Shown one piece after another: positions 1-13,235 of a DNA stretch of 35,018 nucleotides. The position numbers were made by a program, and so were the translations under genes. Origin of the DNA: Eledone cirrhosa. Its lineage: Eukaryota. The notes below the pieces were generated by a model that was not told the DNA's origin, ran no database searches, and saw only the letters and a program-made list of their open reading frames with translations. The stretch covers positions 1 to 35,018 of the forward strand of contig CAXHJY010000108.1 of assembly GCA_964016885.1 (NCBI GenBank), written 5' to 3'. How positions within the stretch are numbered: position 1 is the stretch's first letter; every line of letters starts with the position of its first letter.

Positions 1-658
1 ATATATATATATACATATATATATTAACATAATTATACATAATAGTATATATATACATATATATAATTATATAACATATATTATATACATATATATATAT
101 ATATATACTATATACATATACATATATATAAATTATATACATATATATATATACATATATATATACATATATATATTACATATATATTATATACATATAT
201 ATACATATATATATATACATATATATATCTACATATATATATACATATACATATATATATATATATACATATATATATACACATATAATATATATATATA
301 CATATATATATACAATATATATATACAATATATATATATACATATATATACATATATACTTATAACATATATATATAATATCACATATATATATATACAT
401 ATATATATATACATATATACATATTATATACATATAAACATATATATACATATATATACATATATATATATATACATATATACATATTAATATATCATAT
501 ATACATATATACTATATATTAATAGATATATATATACTATATACATATATACATATATATAATATATACATATATATATTATACATATATATATAGTATA
601 ATATATACATATATATTATATATATATATAGTATACATATATACATATATATATATAT

Positions 659-707
<49 letters not shown>

Positions 708-904
708 CTATATACACATAATATATATATATATATTACATATATATATATACATATATATATAACATATATATATATACACATATATATATACACATAT
801 ATATATACACATATATATATACAAATAATATATATATACATATATATATATACATATATTATATACATATATATACATATATATACATATATATATATAT
901 ACAC

Positions 905-969
<65 letters not shown>

Positions 970-1124
970 CATATATATACATATATATATATATACATAT
1001 ATATACATATATATATATACATATATATATATGTATACATATATATATACATATATATATACATATATATAGATATACATATATATATACATATATATAT
1101 ACATATATATATACATATATATAC

Positions 1125-1169
<45 letters not shown>

Positions 1170-1211
1170 GTATAATATATAAATATAATATATATATATA
1201 TATATATACAC

Positions 1212-1242
<31 letters not shown>

Positions 1243-1492
1243 CATATACATACATATAATATATATATACAGTATACATATAATATATATATACATATGC
1301 ATATAATACATATATAATATATATATATCCATATATATATATATATACATATATATACATATATATATATACACATGTATATACATGTATATATATACAT
1401 ATATATATACATATATATATATACATATATATACATATACATATATATATATACATATACATATGTATATATATATATATGTATATGTATAT

Positions 1493-1525
<33 letters not shown>

Positions 1526-1680
1526 ACATATATATATACATTAATACATATACATATATATACATATACATATAGATATATATACATATACATATATATA
1601 CATATACATATATATATATATACATATACATATATATACATATACATATATATATATATATACATATACATAGACATATA
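1..1680. repeat. Interrupted (TA)n/(TACA)n microsatellite array
   Basis: Almost only TA dinucleotides with C interruptions (tatatacatata); directly visible. Confidence 0.98.
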
Positions 1681-2074
1681 TGTAAAACCTACTCCAGCCA
1701 GTAGGTATCTCTAACAAAATACACCCCGTCCCACCACCAACCACGCACCACCCCCACCACACCACCCCGTTCTATGTAAAGTTATGTTGGTGCCAGCGCC
1801 ATCCAGGCCGAAACAAATGAGATCGTGTAGGTGTCACGACAAAAAAGACACACAGTCCACGCTGTAATGTGGCCGTGTAGGTAACATGGTAAAAACCTCC
1901 CAGACCCACACTGTAAATGTGGTTGGTGTTAGGAAGGGCATCCAACTGTAGAAAACCTGCCAGACAGTCCTATGCGAGCAAGACAATCACTCTTGCCTCA
2001 AGTGGGACTACCCCCGTCCAAACCCATGCAAGCGTGGAACACGGACGTTAAACGTCGATGATGATGATGATGAT
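1681..2074 (+). mobile_element. RTE LINE family A, 3' UTR-only copy with (GAT)n tail
   Basis: Matches the reverse complement of 8192-8580, which follows the RT ORF stop. Ends ...cccatgcaagcgtggaacacggacgttaaacgtc(gat)n. Confidence 0.9.
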
Positions 2075-2218
2075 ACATATACATATACATATATATACAT
2101 ATACATATATATATACATATATATATATACATATATATACATATACATATACATACATATATATATATACATATATATACATATACATTTCCGAGCAATA
2201 TAAGGAACACTTGTGATT

Positions 2219-2262
2219 ACTTATGCCCTTGAGAAGCCCAACTGGGCGAAACGTACATAGGT
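2219..2262 (+). ncRNA. Variant minimal type I hammerhead-like motif in a short Penelope-like fragment (island ~2188-2320)
   Basis: Helix I ACUUAUG(2219-25)/CAUAGGU(2256-62); variant core CCCUUGAGAA; helix II GCCC-aacu-GGGC; GAAAC; GUA triplet (2253-55). The core deviates from CUGANGA. Confidence 0.55.
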
Positions 2263-2522
2263 GCTGTTTTAAATAAACATGTTTTAACGGTCTATTCTCC
2301 AATTTTGTACTTTCCCACGTACATATACATATATATATAACATATATATATACATATATATATACATATACATATATATATACATATACATATATATATA
2401 TATACACATATATACATATATATATACATATATATATACATATATATGCAAAAGTTTTATTTAAAATTGTTGGGTTACAACAAGTAAATATTTTATAACT
2501 GATATAAAGCACTCAACAAATT

Positions 2523-3011
2523 CGCTTTTCCCTGCTTGCAAGGGTGGGACGGGTCTTATTCAGCACAGCATCTCTCCACTCTACACGGTCCCTCGTCATC
2601 TCCACCGTGAGCTTCAATGATCTGAGGTCTGTTCTCACCACATCCGTCCATGTTTTTTTCGTGGTCTACCTCTACCACGTCTTCCCTCAACTGGCATTTC
2701 CTGGCACTTCTTCACCCATCGGTCATCCTCCATGCGCATCACATGTCCATACCACCTCAGTCTCCTCTCCCGTACACTACATTTCTATCCCTCTCAGACA
2801 CAGTTTCTCTCTCAACATATTTATGCTGGGTCGTTCACGCACATTTACACTGCACATCCAACGGAGCATGCTTGCCTCATTTCTCTCCAGCCGTCGCATA
2901 TCCTCTGCGGTTGCTGCCCATGTCTCACTACCATGCAGCATCGCGCTCCTCACACAGGCATCATACAACCGGCCTTTCGTACGCAGGGAGAAACCCTTCT
3001 TCGTCAACAGA
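2523..3011 (-). mobile_element. RTE LINE family C fragment (RT C-terminal region), decayed, tail missing
   Basis: Translates [31 protein letters not shown]..., near-identical to 15440-15925 in inverse orientation, with small indels. Confidence 0.92.
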
Positions 3012-3030
3012 TATATATATATATATATAC

Positions 3031-3061
<31 letters not shown>

Positions 3062-3473
3062 CATATATATATACATATATATACATATATATATATACAT
3101 ATATATATACATATATATACATATATATATACATATATATATACATATATATACAATATATATATACATATATATGTATACATACTATATACATATATAT
3201 ATACATATATATACATAGACTATATATATATATAACATATATACATATATATATATACATATATATATATACATATATATACTATACAATGATATACATA
3301 TATATATACATATATATATATATACATATATATATACATATATACATATACACATATACACATATACACATATATATATTACTATATATATAATATATAC
3401 AATATATATTATACATAATATACATATACACATATCTATATATATATATATATATATATTACATATATATATA
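3012..3473. repeat. (TA)n/(TACA)n microsatellite
   Basis: Directly visible. Confidence 0.97.
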
Positions 3474-4766
3474 CGAGGGTTGATCAAAAAGTTTCGCGGA
3501 ATTTTATCGTAGTAAGAAAAAAATAGATTAAAACAATATTAAACATGTCAGAACATTGTCACTGGGTGTTTACCTTGCTATTAGTCACTTGCAGTCAGTC
3601 ATGCGCGGACTATTGTACAGTACTGACACTCTTTAAAAAACCTCTTTTTGGAACAAAGGAAAATAGTTATTTTGAGATAAGATCGAATATCAAGTTTTAG
3701 GTGAAACTCAAATGGAAAAGGGACACAGATTATGGAGGCTTTAGTTAAAGTTTACAGTACTACTGCTCCAAAGAAAACTGCTGTCTACAAATGGATTCAG
3801 CGATTCAAACAAGGGAGAGACGACCTTGAAGACGACCATCACAGTGGAAGACTAGGAACATCAAAAAATGACCAAAACGTTGAGGCTGCTCAAACTTTAA
3901 TTGAAGAAGATCGAAGAATAACAGTTAATCAGTTAGCTAAGTCCCTAGACATTTCATATGGTTTGGCAAATTCAATTCTGCAAGATAATTTGGGACTAAG
4001 CAAGCTTTCAGCGCGATGGGTCCCAAAAGCGTTGCACCCTGATCAGCTGATTCTTCGAAGTGATCTGTCTTTGGCGATATTAAACAAAATTGAAGTTGAT
4101 GAAGAGCATTTCCTGACCAGAATCATCACCGGAGATGAAACCTGGATCTACCAGTATGATACTGAATCCAAACAGCAGTCAAAACAGTGGCTTCCACGTG
4201 GATCATCGGGGCCAATCAAGTTCAAATCTCAAAATTCGGATCAAAAAGTGATGGCCACCATTTTCTGGGATTCAGATGGAGTGATACTAATAGATTATCT
4301 TGAAGGTCAAAGAACTGTGACAGGAGCTTACTATGCAAATGTTTTAAGGAAGCTGAAAGAGGCATTAGTCAAGAAACGAAAAGGGAAACTTCATGGTGGG
4401 ATCTTGTTTGACCATGACAATGCACCAGCGCATTCTGCGTGGGTTGCAAAAGAAGTTCTTCGAGAATTTCGATAGGAAGTGCTTCCTCACCCGCCTTATA
4501 GTCCAGATTTAGCCCCATCAGACTTTTTCCTCTTTCCAAAACTCAAAGAAATGCTAAAAGGAACCCGTTTTAGTGGTGTTGAAGAAGCTAAAAACACTGC
4601 CAACACATGGCTTCGAACAAGGCCTTCAACTTTCTGGAAGCATTGCCTTGTCAAGTGTATTGACCTGGATAACAACTATGTAGAAAAATAAATTGATGGT
4701 AAATCATATTTTTTGAAAAATAGAGTATTTTCTGAAATATTCCGCAAACTTTTTGATCCCCCCTCG
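3474..4766 (+). mobile_element. Full-length mariner (Tc1/mariner, DD34D) DNA transposon, ~1.29 kb, probably irritans/Hsmar2-like
   Basis: TIRs CGAGGGTTGATCAAAAAGTTTCGCGGAAT (from 3474) and ATTCCGCAAACTTTTTGATCCCCCCTCG (to 4766), TA on both sides, internal transposase. Subfamily is from TIR resemblance only. Confidence 0.95.
3732..4691 (+). pseudogene. Mariner transposase pseudogene
   Basis: Motifs RWVPK, ITGDETW, HDNAPAH, YSPDLAPSDF with 34 residues between the 2nd and 3rd Asp. In-frame TAG at 4473-4475 (probably from TGG). The N-terminus upstream of 3732 is also disrupted. Confidence 0.93.
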
Positions 4767-5031
4767 TATATATACATAATACATATATATACATATACAT
4801 ATACATATATACATATACATATATTATATATATATACATATATATACATATACATATTATATATATACATAATATATACATATACATATATATATATACA
4901 TATATATATATACATATATATACATATATAATATATATACATATACATATATACATATATATATATATATACATATATACATAATATATATATATATACA
5001 TATATACATATATATACATATATACATATAC

Positions 5032-5062
<31 letters not shown>

Positions 5063-5114
5063 CATATATACATATATATACATATATACATATACATATA
5101 TAATATATATATAC

Positions 5115-5187
<73 letters not shown>

Positions 5188-5394
5188 AACATATACATAT
5201 ATATATACATATACATATATATACATATACATACATATATATACATATATATACATATATATACATATACATATATATACATATATATATATACATATAT
5301 ATATACATATACATATATACATATACATATATATACATATACATATATATACATATACATATATATACATATATATACATATACATATATATAC

Positions 5395-5465
<71 letters not shown>

Positions 5466-5865
5466 CATATATATACACATATATATACACATATATATAT
5501 ACACATATATATACACATATATATATACATATATATATATATACATATATATACACATATATATATACATATATATACACACATATATATACACATATAT
5601 ATACACATATATATATATATAACATATATATATATATACATATATATACACATATATATACACATATATATACACATATATATATATACATATATATATA
5701 TATACATATATATACACATATATATATACATATATATACACATATATATACACATATATATACACATATATATATATACATATATATATATATACATATA
5801 TATACACATATATATATACATATATATACACATATATATACACATATATATATATATATATATAC

Positions 5866-5898
<33 letters not shown>

Positions 5899-5907
5899 CA
5901 TATATAA

Positions 5908-5939
<32 letters not shown>

Positions 5940-5968
5940 ATATATACATATATAATATATGTATACAT
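4767..5968. repeat. (TA)n/(TACA)n/(TACACA) microsatellite
   Basis: Directly visible, with an internal ~110-bp higher-order repeat near 5640-5860. Confidence 0.97.
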
Positions 5969-6363
5969 AGTAAAACCTTAAATACAAAGTAAAACCCTAC
6001 TACAGTCAGTAGTCATCTCTAACAAAATACACCCCCCGTCCCACCACCCCCCACCCATCCACACCGCCCCTTTCAATGTAAAGTTATGTTGGTGCCACAA
6101 AATCCAGGCCGAAACAAATGAGATCGTGTAGGTGTCACGACAAAAAAACCACACAGTCCACGCTGTAATGTGACCGTGTAGGCAACACGGTAAAAACCTC
6201 CAGACCCACACTGTAAATGTGGTTGGTGTTAGGAAGGGCATCCAACTGTAGAAAACCCGCCAGACAGTCCTATGCGAGCAAGACAACCACTCTTGCCTCA
6301 AGTGGGAAAACTCCCGTCCAAACCCATGCAAGCGTGGAACATGGACGTTAAACGATGATGATG

Positions 6364-6365
<2 letters not shown>
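5969..6365 (+). mobile_element. RTE LINE family A, 3' UTR-only copy with (GAT)n tail
   Basis: Same sequence as 1681-2074 and the reverse complement of 8192-8586. Confidence 0.9.
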
Positions 6366-6413
<48 letters not shown>

Positions 6414-6455
6414 CATATACCTATATATATAATATTATATATACATATACATAAT

Positions 6456-6512
<57 letters not shown>

Positions 6513-6586
6513 CTATACATATATATATACCATATATACACATATACATATATATATATGTATATACATATATATATATACATATA

Positions 6587-6932
6587 TCAATCATCATCAT
6601 CATCACCGTTTTACTTCCGTTCTTCCACGGGTTGTCCTGTTGTGGGCGAAGTGTCTGGTCGGACTGACCATGTCTTGCTCATACAGGGAACTGATTTGGC
6701 TTGATTTCTACAGCTTGGATGCCCCTTCCTAACACCAACCTCATTTACAGTGAGTGCTGGGTGCTTTTTCGTGGCGCCTACACGTCCACTTTACAGTGTC
6801 GGGCTGGGTGCTTTTTTGCCGTGGCACCTCCACGACCACTTTGCAGTGGGTGGGTGTGGGGCATATTGTCTATATGCTTCAGCTTGTACCCATGGGAGGT
6901 CGGGTACTCTGTATTACTGCGTGACGCCAGAA
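6587..6932 (-). mobile_element. RTE LINE family B, 3' end copy (3' UTR plus last ORF codons)
   Basis: Matches 10561-10916; (CAT)n tail on +; small internal deletion in the terminal stem-loop region. Confidence 0.88.
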
Positions 6933-7724
<792 letters not shown>

Positions 7725-7725
7725 G

Positions 7726-7893
7726 TTATGTAATAAACAACATAAGGCAATTATTCCATTTACCAGTGGTTTCTTAAAAGCAAAAGATTTTGCTTTCAAT
7801 CCTCAGAATGAAAAAATCCTGGTCTGTTTATTGAATTGGGATTTTAAAAAACAAAAATGCAATCTATATGAAAGTGGAGGCTGGAGAAAGAAG
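7726..7893 (+). CDS. Probable internal coding exon of an unidentified host gene (56 codons, phase 0/0): [56 protein letters not shown]
   Basis: AG at 7724-25; AAG|GTAAGG donor at 7893/7894; exactly 168 nt; open frame across an AT-rich unique island; no similarity to the TEs in the window. Confidence 0.6.
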
Positions 7894-7915
7894 GTAAGGA
7901 AAAATAAAATAAAAC

Positions 7916-8191
7916 CACACATGCACACACACACACAAACACGCACACACACACACACACAAAAGCATACATATATATATATACATACACTCATACATAC
8001 ACACACACATACATACATACACACATATATGTGTATATAAATACACACATACACATACATATACACATACATACATACGCACATAAATATCAACACATCC
8101 ATACATACACATACATATATACAACCACACACACATATATACACACATACATACATATAGAAACATAAATATATATATATATATATATATA
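7916..8191. repeat. Degenerate (CA)n/(TACA)n microsatellite
   Basis: Directly visible; more CA-rich and more diverged than the TA arrays. Confidence 0.9.
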
Positions 8192-9936
8192 CATCATCAT
8201 CATCATCATCGTTTAACGTCCATGTTCCACGCTTGCATGGGTTTGGACGGGAGTTTTCCCACTTGAGGCAAGAGTGGTTGTCTTGCTCGCATAGGACTGT
8301 CTGGTGGGTTTTCTACAGCTGGATGCCCTTCCTAACACCAACCACATTTACAGTGTGGGGCTGGGGGGTTTTTTACCGTGTTGCCTACACAGCCACATTA
8401 CAGCGTGGACTGTGTGTTTTTTTGTCGTGCAACCTACACGATCTCATTTGTTTCGGCCTGGATGTTGTGGCACCAACATAACTTTACATTGAAAGGGGCG
8501 GTGTGGATGGGGTGGGGGTGGTGGGACGGGGGGTGTGTTTTGTTAGAGATGCCTACTGACTGTAGTAGGTTTTACTTTGTATTTCAGGTAAGGCGGGTCT
8601 TCTCTATTACTGAGTACCGCCAAAGATCTCGCTCCAGTGACATTGTCTTGGAGAGGTGTAAGTGTGTGAGGTCGGAATTTATCAGGTCGTCCCAGGTTTT
8701 TCTGGGTCTGCCTACTCCGTGGCTACCGTCTATCTTTATTGCCCTGCACTTTTTTATACAGCTGTCGTCTATCATGCGCATCACGTGACCATACCAACAT
8801 AGCCTTCTCTCGACTAAACAACATCTGATCCCTCTTATTTCTAATTTTTCCCTTAGTTCGTTTATGCTTTGCCGTTCGCGTATATTACTATTACACATCC
8901 AGCGGAGCATGCAAGCTTCGTTCCTCTCTAGTCTGCATATATCCTCTGCACACAATGCCCAGGTCTCACTGCCATGCAACATTGCTGTTCGTATGCAGAC
9001 ATCATACAGCCTGCCTTTCATTTTTAGGGAGAACTCTTTAGCGGCTAATAGTGGTATAAGCTCTCTGAACTTTTTCCATCCAGTTCTGACTCTAGCTACT
9101 GTACTTTCAGAGCACCCACCCCCACTGCTGATTTTGTCACCCAGGTAACGGAAGCTGTCCACTATTTCTATAGAACCCTCTGCGCAATTGAAAGAGCTAG
9201 TATTTTGTGGGCACTTGCTGCTACTTATTGCACCAGAGCACCGGCCACATGTAAAATCTATGTTCTTAGTTAGCTTACCTGTGATCCCACTACATCTTTT
9301 ATGCACCCATACTTTGCATTTGGGACATAAAATGGAGTTTCTACCTACGCCTTTCCTACACACTGAGCATGGCCATTTCCCGGAAGGGACCGGCGCCTTA
9401 TTTTCTTTCCTACAAACTAGAACTTTAGTCTTAGCCAGGTTAATTTTAAGGCCTTTTGATCCTAGGCCGTGCTTCCATGTTTGGAATTTCTTCTCTAGCT
9501 CGGCCATTGATTCAGCTATGAGCGTTAGATCATCTGCGTATAGGAGTTCCCATGGGCAGCCGGTCTTGAACTCCACTGTTATAGCCTGTAGGGCAATAAT
9601 AAATAGTAGGGGGCTAAGAACAGAGCCCTGATGAACACCAACTTTTACGCTAAACTCTTCACTATATTCGTTGTTAATTCTAACCTTGCTGACTGTTTCT
9701 TTATACATGGCTTGTATAGCTCTCACAAGCCATTCATCAACACCTAGTTTTCTAAGAGCCCACCAGATAATGGAACGGGGGACTCTGTCGAACGCTTTCT
9801 CCAAGTTGACAAAGGCTAAGTATAGGGGTTTACTTTTAGCTAGGTACTTCTCCTGTAGTTGTCGTACAATGAAAAGAGCGTCTGTGGTACTTTTGCCTGA
9901 CACAAACCCGAACTGCATTTCATCTAGATCAATTCT
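8192..9936 (-). mobile_element. RTE LINE family A, 5'-truncated copy (RT, ~370-bp 3' UTR, (ATG)n tail)
   Basis: RT ORF followed by UTR and tail; the 5' end runs into CA microsatellite. Confidence 0.95.
8584..9936 (-). CDS. RTE-type reverse transcriptase (5'-truncated, uninterrupted) with PHD-like insertion
   Basis: [42 protein letters not shown]; RTE-type C-terminus RRLCWYGHVMR...GRPRKTW. Confidence 0.92.
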   Translation of the reverse strand, partial: RIDLDEMQFGFVSGKSTTDALFIVRQLQEKYLAKSKPLYLAFVNLEKAFDRVPRSIIWWALRKLGVDEWLVRAIQAMYKETVSKVRINNEYSEEFSVKVGVHQGSVLSPLLFIIALQAITVEFKTGCPWELLYADDLTLIAESMAELEKKFQTWKHGLGSKGLKINLAKTKVLVCRKENKAPVPSGKWPCSVCRKGVGRNSILCPKCKVWVHKRCSGITGKLTKNIDFTCGRCSGAISSSKCPQNTSSFNCAEGSIEIVDSFRYLGDKISSGGGCSESTVARVRTGWKKFRELIPLLAAKEFSLKMKGRLYDVCIRTAMLHGSETWALCAEDICRLERNEACMLRWMCNSNIRERQSINELREKLEIRGIRCCLVERRLCWYGHVMRMIDDSCIKKCRAIKIDGSHGVGRPRKTWDDLINSDLTHLHLSKTMSLERDLWRYSVIEKTRLT

Positions 9937-10363
9937 GTACATGCATACACATACACAAACATAGCCATACATACATACATACATATACATACATACATGC
10001 ACACAATCATACCTATATACACACGTACATACATACACATACATAAATGCGTACATGTACATGTACAAAATGAGAAAAATATACACTCCTCTACATATTC
10101 ATACACGCAAATAAATATAAGAAAAAATATATATATAAAAAATAAATAATAAAAAAGATTATTATAGAGTTGACAGTGATACAAACGGCGGGTAGATGAA
10201 CAGACACGCGTGGTAAGTAATACACACAAATGCACGTATACATACGTACAAAATAGTGAATACATACACACACTCTCACACATAAATATACATAAACACA
10301 TACATACACAAATACATGCACAAACACGCACACACACACATATACAATTATACACACACATAT

Positions 10364-10416
<53 letters not shown>

Positions 10417-10560
10417 AATATAAAAATACACACACATACATATATATGTATACATACACACACACATACATAGCTATACAATTATACACATACAAATACG
10501 TACATATCATAAACACGCACAACCAAATACAAACACACACACACACATACATATATATAT
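9937..10560. repeat. Degenerate (CA)/(TACA)/(TA) microsatellite with a short unique island (~10160-10220)
   Basis: Directly visible. Confidence 0.85.
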
Positions 10561-12123
10561 ATCATCATCATCATCATTACCGTTTTATGTCCGTTCTTCC
10601 ACGCTAACATGGGTTAGACGGGTTGTCCTGTTGTGGGCAGTGTCTGGTCGGCTGACCATGCCTTGCTCATACAGGAACTGATATGGCTTGACTTCTACAG
10701 CTGGATGCCCTTCGTAACACCAACCTCATTTACAGTGAGTGCTGGGTGCTTTTTCGTGGCGCCTACACGTCCACTTTACAGTGTGGGCTGGGTGCTTTTT
10801 TGCCGTGGCACCTCCACGACCACCTTGCGGTGGGGAGTGTGGGGGCATATTGTCTATATGTTTCAGCTTGTACCCATGGGAGGTCGGGTACTCTGTATTA
10901 CTGCGTGATGCCAGAAGTCACGGTCGTGTGTCATTGCCTTTGAGAGGTGTAATTGGGTAAGGTCGGCTTTTATCACCTCATCCCAGGTCATCTTGGGTCT
11001 CCCCACTCCGCGGTTTCCATCAACTTCTAGTGCTCTGCACCTTTTTATGCAGCTGTCATCCTTCATACGCATCACATGTCCATACCAGCGCAACCGCCTC
11101 TCCTGCACACAGCATTTGATTCCTCTTATGCTCAGTCTCTCTCTCAATTCATTTATGCTTTGTCGTTCACGTATATTACTGTTACACATCCATCGGAGCA
11201 TGCAGGCTTCGTTTCTGTCTAATCTACGTAAGTCTTCCACCTTCAGCGCCCAGGTCTCACTACCATGCAACATCGCTGTTCGGATACACGCATCATACAG
11301 TCTGCCTTTCATTCTGAGGGAGAAGCCTTTTGCAGCTAGCAGTGGTAGTAGTTCCCTAAACTTCTTCCATCCCGTTCTTACCCTAGTTATTGTACTTTCT
11401 GAACACCCACCTCCGTTGCTAATTCGGTCACCTAAGTAGCAGAAGCTGTCTACTGTTTCCACAGGGCCCTCCCAGAGATTGGTGGTACTTGTTTCCTGTG
11501 GCTGTTTGCTGCTTGCTGTTTCAGCACAGCTGCTGCATGTGAATCTTACATTCTTAATTAAGCTTCCTGAGATCCCGCTACATCTCTTGTGTACCCATTG
11601 TTTGCATTTGGGGCAGAGAATGGAGTTCCTACCTACACCTTTCCTACATACTGAGCAAGGCCATCTCCCCGAGGGGATCTGGGTTCTGTTTTCTCGTCTA
11701 CTTACAAGGACCCTAGTCTTGGTCATGTTGACTTTGAGACCCTTTCTCTCTAGTCCCTGCTTCCAGGTTTGGAATTTATTCTCTAGTTCTACCATAGATT
11801 CAGCTATGAGTGCGAGGTCATCAGCATACAGGAGTTCCCATGGGCATCCGGTCTTAAACTCCTCCGTTATTGCCTGCAGGACTATGATGAACAGGAGAGG
11901 GCTAAGAACAGAGCCCTGGTGGACCCCAACCTGTATGCTAAATTCCTCGCTATACTCATTGCTAATCCTAACTTTGCTGACTGCTCCCCTATACATGGCT
12001 TGTACCGCTTTCACAAGCCATTCATCTACTCCTAGTTTTCTAAGAGCCCACCAGATTACAGCACGTGGAACTCTGTCAAAGGCTTTCTCAAGGTCAACAA
12101 ATGCCAAGTAGAGTGGCTTACTT
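10561..12123 (-). mobile_element. RTE LINE family B, 5'-truncated copy
   Basis: (CAT)n tail at 10561, ~290-bp 3' UTR, RT ORF. Confidence 0.95.
10863..12123 (-). CDS. RTE-type reverse transcriptase (5'-truncated, uninterrupted) with PHD-like insertion
   Basis: [34 protein letters not shown]...HKRC...[15 protein letters not shown]. Confidence 0.92.
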
Positions 12124-12128
12124 ACATA

Positions 12129-12222
<94 letters not shown>

Positions 12223-12357
12223 CATATATATATACATATATACACATATATGCATATATATATACATATATATATATATATACATATATACACATATATA
12301 CATATATATATATATATACACATATATATACATATATACACATATATATACATATAT

Positions 12358-12426
<69 letters not shown>

Positions 12427-13179
12427 TATAAAATTAGTCCCTCATCAGTGATTTGCCAACGATCATTGGTATTTCATCACATTAAAAATCATATACCTCA
12501 CGTTGGTGCGAGCAATAACTAAAGTAAGCTATTGGGACAAGTGAAACGCGTAAAGCGAGTGAGACAAGTAAACAACATCGAAGAATGAGGGACTAATTTT
12601 ATAATATGTAATCCATGTGCAACCATGCAGTATTCTTCTCCCCATATTTTTCATATATTTACCTAAACTGCGATTTTCTGTTTCTCTCTTTCTCTCCTAC
12701 TGCTACCTTGTTCTCTATGTTTCTGTTACCTTCTTTCGTCCCCTCTGTCAGTTAACACTTTCTCTCGACTGACCTCTTCCTCGCACTTCCACTGACTCAC
12801 TCTCTGTTTCTCCCCTTCTCACTTCCTCCCGTTCGCTAGGAATCGGATCTTTCTTTCTCACATCCCATTCACAGCGAAAGGTCTGTTTGCTAAGCGCTCA
12901 TGAATTCACCCAGCTTACGCTGATCGAATAACCATGCTGCTTGTTTTCTTTCCATCTTCGGTTAGCCTTTCTTCGATGTTGTTTACTTGTCTCACTCACT
13001 TTACGCGTTTCACTTGTCCCAATAGCTTATTTTAGTTATTGCTCGCACCAACGTGAGGTATATGATTTTTAATGCGATGAAATACCAATGATCGTTGGCA
13101 AATCACTGATGAGGGACTAATTTTATAATATGTAATCCATGTGCAACCATGCAGTATTCTTCTCCCCATATTTTTCATA
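12427..13179 (+). mobile_element. Non-coding Penelope-like/retrozyme-like element with inverted and direct terminal repeats
   Basis: 159-bp inverted repeat 12427-12585/12969-13127 (about 3 mismatches); 71-bp direct repeat 12585-12655/13109-13179 (period 524); CTGATGAG half-core at 13106; CT-rich interior; TA arrays on both sides. The repeats are certain; the classification is inferred. Confidence 0.65.
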
Positions 13180-13180
13180 C

Positions 13181-13213
<33 letters not shown>

Positions 13214-13235
13214 CATATATATACATATATATATA

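Noticed and set aside
2198-2209. 12-bp AATATAAGGAAC shared with 29098-29109
   Set aside because: Short, AT-rich and on opposite sides of the respective hammerheads; plausibly chance.
2449-2522. Short AT-rich unique segment as an exon
   Set aside because: No convincing splice pair or recognisable peptide; left unassigned.
3732-4691. Domesticated SETMAR-like gene
   Set aside because: No SET domain, both TIRs retained, internal stop codon.
8494-8535. G-quadruplex-prone tract in the family A UTR (and C18 at 19324-19341)
   Set aside because: G-rich only on the element's antisense strand and variable between copies; no evidence of function.
8233-8788. Recurrent small ORFs [15 protein letters not shown]... 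and MGSVWSADHALLIQ...
   Set aside because: Antisense readings of RTE 3' UTRs; frames break differently between copies.
9188-12111. Antisense ORFs over RT regions (also 26529-27182, 34146-34775, 20406-20793)
   Set aside because: Shadow frames of RT coding sequence with no independent motifs.
12541-12560. GAAACGCGTA as a hammerhead 3' core (also GAAACACGTA at ~16114-16123, minus strand)
   Set aside because: No CUGANGA box or helix I in the required position.
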